From assembly GCA_963693365.1 (NCBI GenBank), contig CAVNZM010000001.1:10628161-10692160 (forward strand): a stretch of 64,000 nt of DNA, in the 5' to 3' direction. The notes beneath the pieces were generated by a model. The model had not been told where the DNA came from, searched no databases, and was given only the letters and a program-made list of their open reading frames with translations. The DNA comes from Amoebidium appalachense (Eukaryota; Protista; Ichthyosporea). A program made the translations under genes and the position numbers. Shown here piece after piece: positions 49,625 to 63,318 of the stretch; within the stretch, counting starts at the first letter, position 1; every line of letters starts with the position of its first letter.

Positions 49625-50372
49625 GAACCTCCCTCAAAACGAATTAAATAATAATTTACCTTACCTTCCTTACCTTCAATAACCTTTTTATCCATAATTT
49701 TATCTACTGCAGCCTCCGATACATCCACCGACCCGTCATAGTCGGGGGTGAATGCATCTAACACTCGACGGCCCTCCGGCCGTTTGACCCTAAGGGCCCG
49801 ATCATAATATTCCTTTATATCATCTACATTATAATATCGAACATCACTCTCATTATCTAACCTCTGCACCTTATATTCCGTCGGACCTTACCTAGCCACT
49901 ATTTTATACGGACCAATGAAAAGAGGCAACCATTTCTTACCATACTTACGGAGACCTTCACCTTCACCTTTACCTTCCTGCTCCTGCTTATATCTCTTTT
50001 TCCTAGTGTGATCCCTAATTAAAACTAAAGTACCCTCGGCAAATTCACGTAACGGACGTGTGGACACGTCTGCACGTGCCTGTGCCTGCTGTGTACGGGC
50101 CAGAGCTGCATCACGTGCAGCCCGGGCCCGGGTTAGTAGCTGCTCCCGGAACTCAGTCCAGTGGGGATAAGTTAGTCTGTCAGTCCCCCCCATCGGCAAA
50201 AGTGCCGTATCTAACAAACTAATAGCCTCCTGCCCATAGACCAAATAAAACGGAGAAAAACCAGTCACAGCATGAGGGGTAGAATTATACGAATGAGCAA
50301 TAAACCTAGACATATGATCCCAATCATTAGCCTCCACATCCACCATTTTGCCAAAGGACTTCTGAAACACTG
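49625..50372 (-). pseudogene. Gypsy A integrase C-terminus and first half of the chromodomain
   Basis: YNSTPHAVTGFSPFYLVYG, FIGPYKI and VDKIMDKKV...YYLIRFEGG. The D,D core is missing next to the Gypsy B insertion. Confidence 0.9.
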
Positions 50373-50375
50373 CAG

Positions 50376-53300
50376 AGAGAACGGGTAGAAAGGCACACGC
50401 GGCCAGGTTGCTTTTACTATGGGCCGACTCAGTCTGTCTCAGACTTCACTGATGTGATCCCCGTACTGGGACGGCTTTGTTATATAGCCCCCAGGTTTCG
50501 GATCAAGGCCCAGGATTGGTTCATCCGCGGCCAGCGCGGGTGGCAACATGCCATTCGTGATTCTGGTGCGGTCCGAGCCAGTCAGACCTTTGTCCTATTT
50601 ATGCAAACCTCTTATTGGTTCACTTCGTTTATGTGGTATGCAGCTGCCAGTGAAGAACCTTATATGGTTCAATTCTTAGGTCAGAGTGAGTCCGGGTGCG
50701 GACATAATATTTATGTGATATTCATGACAAAGCACGAATCGTGTGCTAGTAGATCACATTCTTTAGTAAACATGTACAGTTCATGTGTACAGTTGTTTAC
50801 ACTCCCCCCCTTGTCGGGAGCCTGGTGGTGTCGTTAGACAAGCAAACCACCAGGCTGAGAGGCGATAAACAACCTTCAGCGAGAATTCTTGTGCGCCGAG
50901 CTGCTGGGCAGAACAGAGCAAGGACGGTTGAATAGAGTTGTGCACGTCTATAGCACTTCTTCATTTGCCAAAACGTAAATTCATGCAGCATTCTTCTGTG
51001 ATTTCATTTTCGTGGCGAAGATTGTTGCAGAGTGTGCGTGCGAATTGTTCGCTTCGTCTCTGTGCTTGGCTTTTTCTGTAGAAGTAATATTTTCCTTTTT
51101 GGGGAATTTTTCCTTTTTAGGACACTTGACATATACTAATCCGTCTCAGCAGATCAGCCTAAGTCTACGATCGAGATCGGGGGGGGGGGGGGGGGGGGGG
51201 GGGGGTGGCCCGGGTCCACAGATCATCAAGATCAAGTCCGGGGCCTCAAGACAGCTGTACAGCTGCGTGCATCATCTTGCCTCTGCCGGCGCAGGGCAGG
51301 ACCACGTCAGCTGGGACAGCCGACCAATAGAATTCTAATTAGTGTGTAGGATAGATCGTAGGAGGACTTAGGAATGTGATTGTTCGGGCAGAAGCCCTTT
51401 TGTAAGTATTGGCAAGGTTTGATAGTGTATGTTGCCAAACGTATTTATATATTTAGATGTAGAGGAAAGGGGGGAGGGAGGGGGGGGGAGGATAGTATGA
51501 AATGTAGATTTAGACTCTGCGGTGCCACTAGGGGGAGGGTGAGGGGTGAGACATGGATAAATATATTGGTTTGAGTAGATCGACTTAGCTCGTGCAGGCG
51601 CACGATAAAGTAGATCGGAATGTTTGGAATGTGGCATCGTAGGGGGGCCAGGTGATGATGATCTTTGAGGGCACGGCCTTGATGGCCTCAGTTGTGACTT
51701 AGTCTCATTCCGTACGGATCTAAGTTTTGCCCGTCGGAGCCTGGTCTGAATAAACTTTACCGTTTTTCCGTACACGTTCGTTCCTTTTCGTGTGTGTACA
51801 CTTAGTAGAGTGCCGCGTCTCTAGTACATATACATTAGGATACGACAACACTCCCGCAGATTCGTTTTCAATTGCGAGTAATTTAGTTGTGTGGATGAAT
51901 GATCATACCAAACATTCGATAATGAATATAACTCAAGCCTTAGGTCACTTCGTAGCTCAGGTAGTGGTGGATAGCTTCAAGGCTTAGCCGCTGCTCCTTA
52001 TCCCGGTTCTACCTTAAGATTATAAAGCGAGTCGCCATGGCCAGAAAAGCCACTTCTTTCATGAACAAATAGCACTTCTTTCCTTTCAGCTTTAACCCTG
52101 CATCATCGGAGCTGGGAAAAACATGAATAAAAATGCCCAAGTGCTCTTCGTTGGGCGACATAAAGAAATATATCAGCCCGTCAGAATTCGAACCAGTAAA
52201 AACATAATTCATAAGAAGAGGGTAGGCAAAGCAAACCTTCTTCAGAAAACACATGCATCCATTCGTGAGCAGTTTTCGTATCCCATTTGCCAGCCATTTT
52301 CGTTGAGCAGGGGGATTCCAGGCATAATACATTCGTCTGGAGGCTTGGCCTAAAAAGAAAAGTCGTCACAGTCGCCCTTTCTTTTGTAAGCAACTTCGTG
52401 AGCGCGCTTCGTGTTTTCATATCCTCCAGTGCAGGTCTGGATGGTGCCCCATCCTCTGCTTCATTTGTAGGTGGCCCTACTGTAGGTTCTGTTCGTTATG
52501 TGGAATACCAAAACCATTCGTGTTCGTGGAACTGCTTTGTGCTGTGCTTTATTTCGTGTTGGTGTTCATGAATTTACCCCGCTCACACACCCTACTTCTT
52601 ACATACATTAGATGTAAGTAGCTGCCTGGTGAGTGTGTGGTTCGTGTTCGTGGCATTCTTCTGTTCCTTCGTGAGAAGAATATTCGTTTTAGCAGAGGTG
52701 CCCAATAAGGCAGCTTGTGGGGTTGTCTCCCGCATGTGCCCATTGGTGGGGTATGCACGTGCTAAATTGTTACAGTGTCATCATATTGCAAGGGAATAAC
52801 ATGGTCACCTCCGTACCAGGGCCTAGGTACACATGATGGTCCGATGTGTTAGTCAACAACACCTTGCATTCGTATTCGTATTCGTCTTCCACGTCACTTT
52901 CTTCAGTAGTGAAAGAGGGTATTCGTAATTCGAAACTGAAAGGCTTCCACCCAAAATACTGACACTGTATGCTGGGGTTGTGAGGGAGCGGTGCCCATAC
53001 CACATTCTTTTGTTTTCTTTATTCTGGTGGGGGTGTGCCGGCAGCAATTTTATTTTGCATGCGGGTATTCCAGGCTTTACAGCATAGTTCGTATGTTATA
53101 GTATTTGTACAGTATTGCCACACACTGGCAGTTACCTGTAAATTCGTACCCCACAGCTTCGTTTGTTTCGCATGCACGAACAAAAGTTCTGCATCGACTT
53201 TATTACATGCCTTCTGTGCACCAAGAGTGCAAATTCGTTGGGGCATTGCACCAGGAAGGGCCATACATGAGGCATATGTTCGTAATGTGTTTAGGCATGC

Positions 53301-54624
53301 CAGCATACATTCATGCGCATGTTGTGCATCCTGTGCGCTAAACTATGGGGCATGCTGTATTCGACAACAGCAAGAAATTCGAAGCATGCATGCAAAACTA
53401 CTTTCACAGCACCTTATGTCCTACATGCTATAGGAACAGCGACTATCTTCTTCTTTAAATGCATTCGTGCTGAAAGTGGCCGTGCATCTGAGTTGCGAGT
53501 GTGGACGTGCACGCAGTGACATGGACACGATGACAGTGTGCAATAGCACAATGCACGCAAGAGCAACAGTTTCCTTTTCTTCGTAACATTGGGGCTGTGT
53601 GCATTGCAACCTAAGCAGTGTTGTGCATTCGCTCTTTTCATTTTCGTATTTTCTTTCTCATGGCTTTCGTTTTTCGTTGCTAAAGTCGGTTCGTTATAAT
53701 TACTTCGTTTTGTTTTGTATTGCATTCATTTCGTATTTCCTCTATGCATTCGTTTGTCGTTAATTCTTTATTTCATTGTGTATTCGTGATGGTTCGTTTT
53801 TCGTTGGTTCATTGCTTCGTTAGCAATTCTTTAATCGTTTGTTCGTGTATTCGTTGTTTCGTTGTGTATTCGTTTTTCTTCGCGTTTTTTATGTGTCGTA
53901 GTATAAGGTGGTTTTCATGCTTTCAATTCTTTCCGTGTTCTTAGAGGTTGGCTGGCCACTTCAAACTTGTCGATGTGTATGTATTCTAAGCCTGACAAAG
54001 AAAGATGTGCCTATCATCGTGGTAAAAAGGATTGTGATCGGCCATGGCAGCTTCTTGGGGTAATTGAAAGATGTGAGATTCTTGAACTGATTGAAAGTTG
54101 TGAGATTCGAAGGATGCGAGATTCTTGAACTGCGCGGTCGCCAATGTAAACAGTTGGACTATTTAGGATAAGGCAGAGTACAACTGAATCAAAATAAAGA
54201 CAGAGAACGGGTAGAAAGGCACACGCGGCCAGGTTGCTTTTACTATGGGCCGACTCAGTCTGTCTCAGACTTCACTGATGTGATCCCCGTACTGGGACGG
54301 CTTTGTTATATAGCCCCCAGGTTTCGGATCAAGGCCCAGGATTGGTTCATCCGCGGCCAGCGCGGGTGGCAACATGCCATTCGTGATTCTGGTGCGGTCC
54401 GAGCCAGTCAGACCTTTGTCCTATTTATGCAAACCTCTTATTGGTTCACTTCGTTTATGTGGTATGCAGCTGAAGAACCTTATATGGTTCAATTCTTAGG
54501 TCAGAGTGAGTCCGGGTGCGGACATAATATTTATGTGATATAATTCATGACAAAGCACGAATCGTGTGCTAGTAGATCACATTCTTTAGTAAACATGTAC
54601 AGTTCATGTGTACAGTTGTTTACA
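50376..54624 (-). mobile_element. Decayed Gypsy LTR retrotransposon (family B) inside the Gypsy A integrase
   Basis: 5' LTR 54145-54624 (TGTAAACA...TGTTTACA); 3' LTR 50376-50801, truncated. PBS TGGCGACCGCG (tRNA-Arg-like) at ~54133-54143; PPT at 50802-50810. RT remnant AGLKLKGKKCYLFMKEVAFL near 52045-52100; dUTPase-like KVLLTNTSDHHVYLGPG. Confidence 0.88.
51127..51847 (+). mobile_element. Solo LTR of Gypsy family A, in opposite orientation, inside Gypsy B
   Basis: TGACA...GACA termini; TSD ACACT at 51122-51126 and 51848-51852. Homologous to 59972-60681. Confidence 0.95.
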
Positions 54625-57600
54625 ACCCTTTCAAACATACGAACATTAAAATCCCTAATAAACGACGGGCGGGAACGAGAGTGGGGACTCTCATTTCTTT
54701 CCTGACAATGCATGCATGACAACACATAATCCCTCACCTCCCTACTCATACCCGGCCAAAAATACGAACGACTAACACGAAGCAACGTCCTATTTACACC
54801 TAAATGACCAGCCATGGGATGCTCATGCACCATATGCAAAACCTCAGACACAAGTGCCGTCGGGACCCAAACTCGGTGTCCGTCTGGCCCAGAACAATGA
54901 TAAATTAAATCCTGCTCTACCTGACACATTTTTGCTAACTTAGCTACCTTAATCATCTGCCTTTTATTTTTAAATTTAATCGAATCAACCGGCCCCTTTA
55001 AATAATTCTTAACCAGACCAATCAACACATCTTCCTCCTGAGCTAAGATCAAAGCCGTAGGTGCTAAGGCAGGGGCCGAGCCATGTGACTCGGTCCCGAC
55101 CTCAGACACTGACAAATACCTCCCCCCCCCTCCCCTACACTTATAAGCAAGCAACCCCGGAGCCCAAGAAGACACATCAACAGACACAGCATCTATTTCT
55201 TTCTGCTCACTCTCCCCCCCCCCCTTCCCCCCTCCCCCCCCCGTCTCTCACTAGCCCCCCCCTCCCCCTCCTTCAAGTTCTCTTCTTCAAACAAAATATA
55301 AGCAGCACGAGAGAGAGCATCACAGTCAACCATTGTTTCACCCTTGGCATAAAACAATTTATAGGAGAACTCACCGAGAGCCGCGGCCCACTTCTGCATC
55401 CTCTCGTTGACCAGACGAGTGGTGCCGGCCATGGCTAGGCAGGGCTTGTGGTCGGTGTAGACCTCGAACGTCCTGCCTGCGAGTATATACCTCCATGCCT
55501 GTGAGACTGCCCAAAAGATAGCATGGGACTCTCTCTCCGGATTGCTATATCTACGTTCACTTTTACTAAATGAACGACTAGCATAAGCAATCACTCTATC
55601 CTGCCCCTCCTGCACTTGATATAACACGGCCCCCTCAGCAACCTTACTTGCATCACACCGAACTTTAAACATCCCCCCCCCGGCCGAAAAATCAGGATGA
55701 ACAAGCATACTCGAAGACTGCAAAGCTAACTTAAGCTTTTCGAAAGCAGAAACAGCATCAACACACCAATCTATTCTATTCTTCTTCTCCCCCCCCGTCT
55801 GACTAGTTAACGGCAAAGCAAGCATACTATAATCCTTAATATACCGACGAAGATAATTAGTTAAACCTAAAAATTGCCTTAGTTGAGTGACAGTCTGAGG
55901 ACGGGGCCACTCAACTATGGCCCGGATTTTCTCCGGATCAGGGGAAAGACCATTACTAGACACGATATGACCTAAAAACTTAACCTCCGGCACACCAATC
56001 ACAGTCTTGCTACCGCTAATACGAAGACCAGACTCACCCAAAGCTAAAATACCTTTTCACAATTATTAACTAACTCTTCAAACTACCTACCTTTAATTAA
56101 AACATCATCCAAATAAGGGTGGCATACATCCAAATGAGGGTGGAGAATTTTATACATTACCCCCGGCACAACATAGCTGGAGAGGAGAGCAAACCCATCG
56201 GCACCACCTTGTACTGGAACAGCTGGTCACCCAGTGCAAAGGCAGTCTTCTCCTTGCTGCTCTCCTCCAACCTTATCTGCCAAAAAGCTGCTTTTAAATC
56301 AAGTTTAGCAAAGTGAGTATAGCCGTGCAGCTGTGAAAGCTGCTCGTCTATGTTAGGGAGAGGCCATTGGTCTGCCTTAGTGACCCGATTCAGAGCCCTG
56401 TAATCGTGACCCTTTTTTAACATATCACTCACTATTATAGTAGCGCATCCGACAATTTATACTGCTCCATTCTATAGCTAGGCATCACTACCGGCCTATT
56501 TTCACCTGTGTCGATCTGCATTAAATTTTCAAACCCTTTAACGAAGCCTACTTCGTTATCATCGGCCAGAAATGCAAACCGAGTCCTATCAAATAACTTA
56601 GCTAACAATTTTTTCTGCTCCACCGTCCAATCCCCCTCCTTCATACCAAACGGCAATACTAACTCCGGGTTACCCCCATCACAAGTGGATGCATCCTTAT
56701 TCACCGGAGTGCCACTTAACATTTCACCTCCTGTATTACATCGGTGCTGCTCGGGGTGAGGTTGAGGTACCTCCGGATATAGGCGGTCACCCTTAGCACC
56801 CCCCCCCTCCCCCCGGCACACCAATGCCCCCGGGCAATTCCTGATGAGTTAGTGCATGTATGTGGGGGGCCAGGTCTGTGGCCACCCTGCCCCCCACGGT
56901 GTTGGTTAACCCGTCAGATCCACGGGTTCGACCAACACCCTCCCCCCTGCCTGCACATTCTCACACCCGGGGTGACCCTCCTTCCTCTTGGGGGTCGGGG
57001 GAGTGGGACCGGTGCTGTCCCGGTCCCCCCCCCCCATCGTGTCGGGTGACATTATGGTGGCTAACGTTAAATAAAGTTGTTCCCCCTCCTCCTGAGTCAC
57101 CCTTCGAGCCGGCATCCTCCTTTTGGGTAATAAGAGAGACCTCTATACTACCAATCTCATTAGTGAAACTACCGACGGAAACACCTGACCTAATCACTAT
57201 AGGCTCGATGCCCGGATTCACTAATTCTATTTCTATTGTCTTATCCGGCCATACCCTACTAAGGGTCCATTGAGCCACCTCCTGAAGTGGGGTTTTCGGG
57301 GTAAAAACCCCTAAATCCCCTATCCTAACATGATTGCCGGCCCGGACACGTACCGTTTGGCACTGATAAGGCTCGATTACTACTTCAGCTACCGTTCTAG
57401 CACCTGACTGATAACCGTCGAGCCCATCATGGGTTTTAATTTTAACGCCGGACTGCAATTCTAAAACATTTGTACGTTCAAACAAAGCATTCACATGTCT
57501 ACGGAAAAATGGGGCTCCCAACAAAACACTTTGAGCTAAATCCTTAACCACATAACAAGCAATATGCATAGCCTGGCCACCTATGATCTCACACGGCAAC

Positions 57601-57900
57601 ACACAAACACCTTCCACAGACATACTACTATTATTAGCACTACCTAAGGCCGTGCTAGAAGCATCTAAAATAGGAATTTCCCCCCCGGCCTGATTAAAAC
57701 GACGAATAAACGAAGCATGCACACAATTAACCTGAGCCCCTCCATCGAGCAAAGCAACAGCCTTCAACTTACCATCAGCTAACCATACGTCTATATAATG
57801 CCGGCTAAAACCAACTAAATCCTCCTCCAATTCGAGCAACACTGGCACATCATCACTCACACCCAGTCCCTGCCCACGAAGACTCACACCCTCGATACCT
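54625..57900 (-). pseudogene. Gypsy A pol: protease, dUTPase-like segment, RT, RNase H and integrase HHCC
   Basis: Protease ALLDGGAQVN; EIELVNPGIEPIVIRSGVSVG; RT DYRALN, LDLKAAFWQI, PMGL and YLDD (~56104-56116); RNase H CDASK and TDHKP; integrase HEHPMAGHLG...CMHCQ. Frameshifts and a deletion in RT. Confidence 0.93.
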
Positions 57901-58497
57901 ACGTGCAACATACCTACCTGTGGTGCCTGCACGGGTGGGGTGGGGTGTGAATGTGATGTGGGTGGTGGTGGAGTGTGTGTGTGTGGTGTGTGGGTGGGTG
58001 GTGTGTGTGTGTTTGGTGTATGTGTGGGTGTGTGTGTGGGTGTAGGTGTGTCTGCAACCGTCGTATGCTGTTGTGGTGGTGTGTTTCTACGTGTCTGTGC
58101 CTTCCCCCCCCCTTCCCCCTTTACTCGTGTGTGTCCCCCCCCCCTCCCGGGAACAATGGCACAGAAACCCCCTCCGGTGTGGTTAGAACAAACACCGGGT
58201 TGGGACAAGAAACACGGAGACCATCCACTTGTGGCTGGGGAACCTCCCCCAACCACAAAACATTCACACCATTCATACCTTTGGTAGAGTCACCCCACAA
58301 ACATTCATGCCATACCACCTCGACGCTGTCTTGAGGACCCACGACGATGCCCGGCTCCCACACGTATCGGGGCGGTGAGGGGGCAAAGGGAAGCTTAACC
58401 TGGGGTTGGGGAGGGTGAAGGTTCTCTGCAACCTGGGGGGGACCGATACTGTCCCCCCCCCTCCCTCAGTGACCCCAGCTTCCCCCTCCCCCGGAAC

Positions 58498-59820
58498 TCA
58501 ATAGCTCTTGTAACTACGGCAATATGCAGCAGAGTGCCCTTGCCGGCCACAAAAGTAACATGCACCAAAGAAGGGGCCAGGGGGGACTTCATAACCTTGG
58601 CGCAAAGCATAACCGGGAGCCCGGTCATGCGGGGGGGGCCCACCGTGTGCACCACGGCCCCCCCCTTCCCCCCTGCCCCCCTCGGCCTCTCTCACCACCA
58701 TTTCCACCCCTCCCTCTACCCTGCCCACCACCACGAGCAAGATAAGGGGCAAACCTCTCGGTGAACTGCTGCTGCTGTCCTCCACGTCCACCGCGCCCCC
58801 GACCGCCGTGTCCACCCCGGTCGCCGCCACGGCCACCCCGGAAGCCGAAGCCCCCTCGGCCAGAGAAGACGGCCTGGGAGAGCTCGGCAACCTGCTTGAC
58901 CAACATGGTGAGTGCATCTGGCTGTTCACCCTCTTTTTTTTCTTTTTCCCCCTTCTGTCCACTCTCCTTCTTTTTCTTGTCTACTTCCATCACCTCCTTT
59001 TTATCCCTGTTATTGAACTTCACCTCGTGCATGGCAAGCAAGTGACGTTTAACATGCAACACCACCTCATCTACATCATCATGCTCCCCAAACATGCGTG
59101 CAGTGTCTGTGTTTACAGAGAGAGCCTTACGAGCAAACTCGAACTTTTCCCTATCACTCACGTCACCAGCTAACTCACAAAGGTCTTCAAAGACCCGATA
59201 TTCCCTTTCAAAGAATGCACGAGCTTCTACGGGGGACATGTCTAGAGTGGGGAAGGTATACTTCCATTCTCGTAGCTGGGCCCTGAAGGTACGGCGCCGG
59301 TCGGCCGTCAGGTATCGGTCGACGAGCCGGGCCGTATACTCGAGCTCGTTCTCGGGCCGTGTGAAGGCCTCGAGCTCCCCGTCCACGTCGTCGGTGCTGT
59401 TCTCGTCCTCGTCGTCGGGGATGAATCGTGCGGCCAGACGTTTCTGGCCGAGCGTCCGGGACACCATCTCGTCCCTCCCCTCGTCGTACTGCTGCTCGTA
59501 TATACGAGCCGTCACCTGGGGGGCCTGCTCGGCCCGGTACGGGTGCTCCTCCATAAGGGTGCATAAGTCGGCCATGGTCTTGTGGTCGATGCACTGCTTA
59601 ATCATTAGGCACGAGGCCGCCACAGTAGGGGCCTTCTTAGTGTCTAACACTAGTGTGGAGGAGTGTCCTAAGCCACCTAGGTATTTCTGAGTCGTGTTTG
59701 AGTGTAAAACTGAAAGCTGTGGTCTGTCTAACGTCTAGTGTATGAACCTGTGGTACCTGTGTGCAGGGAGCTATCCTCCGCTGCCAATGCGTAGAACATA
59801 TCTACGTTGAACTTAGCCAT
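58498..59820 (-). pseudogene. Gypsy A gag
   Basis: Long ORF 58625-59650 with an RGG-rich tail. CCHC knuckle CYFCGRQGHSAAYC near 58520-58562. Probable start MAKFNVD at 59820; frameshifted. Confidence 0.8.
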
Positions 59821-60681
59821 TGTGTGGTGTGTGCCCGAACTCGTGTGGTTGTTTTTTTTTTTTTTTTTTTTTTTTTTTTCCGTTGTGTTTCTGAGGTGTA
59901 GCAACAGCCCAGAAGGAACTGTCACCGCGTTTACCTAGCGCGAAAAACCGCACTAAAAGAAAGGTGTAGCTTGTCGTATCCTATCGTGTATGTATTAGAG
60001 ACGCGGCACTCTACTAAGTGTACATACACGGAAAGGAACGAACGTGTACGGAAAAACAGTAAAGTTTATTCAGACCAGGCTCCGACGGGCAAACTTAGAT
60101 CCGTACGGAATGAGGCTAAGTCACAACTGAGGCCATCAAGGCCGTGCCCTCAAAGATCATCATCACCTGGCCCCTCTACGATGCCACATTCCAAACATTC
60201 CGATCTACTTTATCGTGCGCCTGCACGAGCTAAGTCGATCTACTCAAACTAATATATTTATCCATGTCTCACCCCTCACCCTCCCCCTAGTGGCACCGCA
60301 GAGTCTAAATCTACATTTCATACTATCCTCCCCCCCCCCCCCCCCCCCTTTCCTCTACATCGAAATATATAAATACGTTTGGCAACATACACTATCAAAA
60401 CTTGCCAATATTTACAAAAGGGCTTCTGCCCGAACATATCACATTCCTAAGTCCTCCTACGATCTATTCTACACACTAATTAGAATTCTATTGGTCGGCT
60501 GCTCCAGCTGACGTGGTCCTGCCCTGCGCCGGCAGAGGCAAGATGCACGCAGCTGTACAGCTATCTTGAGGCCCCGGACTTGATCTTGATGATCTGTGGA
60601 CCCGGGCCACCCCCCCCCCCCCCCCCCCCGATCTCGATCGTAGACTTAGGCTGATCTGCTGAGACGGATTAGTATATGTCA

Positions 60682-62685
60682 CTCGGTGCACCATTGATCC
60701 ACCTGACGAAGCATCTGGTGCATGACATCTTCGGTTAAGGAACAAAGAACAATATCGTCCGCAAAAAGGAGACCCGGTACACGGCGGGTATGCAGTTGGC
60801 CAAAGGGTTCGAGGGCGCAGGCTAAATCGTCAATGAAAACGTCAAACAACAACGGACTCAGGAGGGACCCCTGCAGAAGACCCCGGGAACGGGAAAAACC
60901 GGGTGTTAATGTTCCATTGACCGCCGCTCGTCCGCGAGTGGTATCGAACAACGCTTGCAGAAGACGGCCAAAGGGGGCTGGTAAGCCCCGCATAGCCAGC
61001 TTATGCCATAACAAACCAGTGGGTACGGTGTCGTAGGCGTTCTTAAGGTCGATGAAGACAACGTGTGGAGAGCCAGAAGTAATGGATTCATGGAGTAACA
61101 GACTGTGAGTATAACACGAATAGGCATGACGAAAGCCCCCTTGAAGGGAAGAAAGACGGAACACGGCGTTTAAAGAATCGTCGGTGTTAAACGCGCGAAG
61201 CAGGCAACCCTCGAAGAGCCGACGAAAAACGTTGGTAAGTGTGACGGGACGAAAGTCGTTAATGACCCCCTGCGATACCTTCTTACGAACGGGCGTAACG
61301 ATTGTGTCAAGCCACGAATTTGGAATAAACCCGAGTTCGAAAAAAGCCGAAAAAAACTCACTAAGAAGGACAGCAAAAGGCGGGGGCGGGGGGGACTCTG
61401 CACGATTACGGGGCGGAAGCACGGGAGAAAGAACCTTGAAAAGCACGGGAGGAAGAGCATCCGGCCCGCACGCCTTGCGGGGTTTTAACGCCCGTATAGC
61501 ACCAAAAACAGCCGAAGAGTTGAAATAACTATGAAAAGTGCCCGGGAACGATCGGTCCGGCTCCCAACTTGGCGGCTGGGAGAGGCCAGCGGGCGGTGAT
61601 GGAACCGTGGACACGTTAGGAAGCGAAAATAGGGAAGCATAATAGTCATCGACGGATTCAGCAACGGAGATGGAAGGAGACGGGGCATAGACTTGCACGG
61701 AAGGCCCAAACCGACCGGCGGATTTCCAGACCGATAATGCTTCCTGTAGAGGCAACAACTGTCGTAGGGACTGCAAAACGTGAGACTGTCTCAGCCGAAC
61801 GGAAGGGTACTCAACCGTGCCCACCACCTGCTCGCCAAGGGCAAATAGGAACTCAACAAACTCATTATAACAAACCTCCAAAATAGCCGGGTTCCGCTGC
61901 GCACGGGCGTCGCGCACTGCGGCAAGAAAGAAGCCATGAACCGACTCATACTCCTTGACAGCGAGTAACTGGTTTAACCTGTGCTTGAAACCGCGAGATA
62001 AGAGGCGGCGGTTAGTCTGAGTAGCCCCGCCGAAGTGAACAGGGAAGGAAACCGAAAATTCTACAGGGGAATGGTCCGAACTACGCCGTAAGGAATCGGG
62101 TGGGGAAATTACTCGAAGGGTGGAGTCCCAAAACGAGGCACCCCAGTCAGTCGCGTGGTTAGCGAAAACGCGAGGAAGACGGACAAGGTGCTTTCGAAGA
62201 AGGTTGGCAAGGACACGAGCATGGTCAGAAAAAGGACGAAACTGTGCTGGGGACGGGGTATGTTCCCTATCACACGGAACCACTGGACAATTGAAGTCAC
62301 CAATAAAAACTTGAGAAACGGGAATTTGGTTAACCACGGCTGACAAAGTGTCAGTACCTAACGACGGAGGAAAGTACACGAAAGACAAAGTCCACGCACG
62401 AAACTGAATGGTGACGAAATACTCATGCGCCGCAATGACCCTGCAATCCGACGGAATGCTAGGATTGGCTAAAACCGCGATGCCGCCTCGGGAGAAACCA
62501 GTCGATGACGAAGACCCAATCAAAAATCCGGATTGCTCCAACTGATGATGATTATAGAACCATGTCTCGGCAAGAACAACAAAAGAATAGGCACGAACAG
62601 AGTCGAAAATGTATTGCAATTGCGGGGATTGTAAACCATGAACATTCCAAAACAAAAAAGAAAGAGGTTGAGATTGTTGAGCCAT
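60682..62685 (-). pseudogene. LINE ORF2 5' part: AP endonuclease plus reverse transcriptase (interrupted)
   Basis: APE motifs WNVHG, LAETW, GDFN and SDHSPV. RT motifs KACGPD, FRPVTL, QGGFR, FIDLKNAYDTV, LQGSLLSPLLF and FADD. Confidence 0.95.
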
Positions 62686-63318
62686 TTAATTTCCGGCAGC
62701 TGCCCGCGGTGCGCCAATCCGATCCAACCACGCACGATAAAAAGCCGCCACCTCCTGGGACGCAGTCACATGGCGGGGGGATCCGTCCACCCGCTCGAAA
62801 AAGGCCATCTGTTTCTGCAACCGCCCGCGAAGCATGTCCACAGCGGGTTTGCCGGCGTCCATAAATTTCTGTTGTCGAATGTTACCGAGCGCATCAGGCT
62901 GAAAAGCCGCCGAGTCCAGAATTTCGAGGTGCAGAAGGTTGCGCAGCTTGGTGCACAACTCAGCCTCGTAGTCCTCCTCAACAAGAAGCTCAAGCACACG
63001 GCCGCCGATGAAGGAATAATTGCGAATTTTGCTGGTACGCACACGAATTGCCCGAAAATCTTGCTTGATCTGCGAGATGGGGCCGCGAGCAAGGGTGACG
63101 TAGACGGGTTTGAAAGCGGGAGAGTGAGCACGGGCTTTGTCCTGACGTGGCATGGGGTTGACAGGACGGGGACGGCACCGTTCGCGAAGGCGCTTGACAG
63201 CGGCCACAAAGCTGTCAACAGCCTCAGGCTTGCCCTTGACCGAGCCAACCTTGTTGGCCTCCTCACGAAGTGCGTCCTCCTCGGAGCGAGCAGCGGCGGC
63301 AGCATAGGAAACTGTCAT
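62686..63318 (-). CDS. LINE ORF1 (210 aa)
   Basis: Open ORF starting MTVSYAAAA, with VYVTLARGPISQIK...IRNYSFIGGRVLELLV. Immediately precedes ORF2 (TAA ATG). Confidence 0.8.
   Translation of the reverse strand: MTVSYAAAAARSEEDALREEANKVGSVKGKPEAVDSFVAAVKRLRERCRPRPVNPMPRQDKARAHSPAFKPVYVTLARGPISQIKQDFRAIRVRTSKIRNYSFIGGRVLELLVEEDYEAELCTKLRNLLHLEILDSAAFQPDALGNIRQQKFMDAGKPAVDMLRGRLQKQMAFFERVDGSPRHVTASQEVAAFYRAWLDRIGAPRAAAGN

Noticed and set aside
59094-59690. Antisense ORFs over retroelement coding regions (also 62638-63345 and 4625-5107)
   Set aside because: Shadow ORFs of GC-rich gag and ORF1 sequence.
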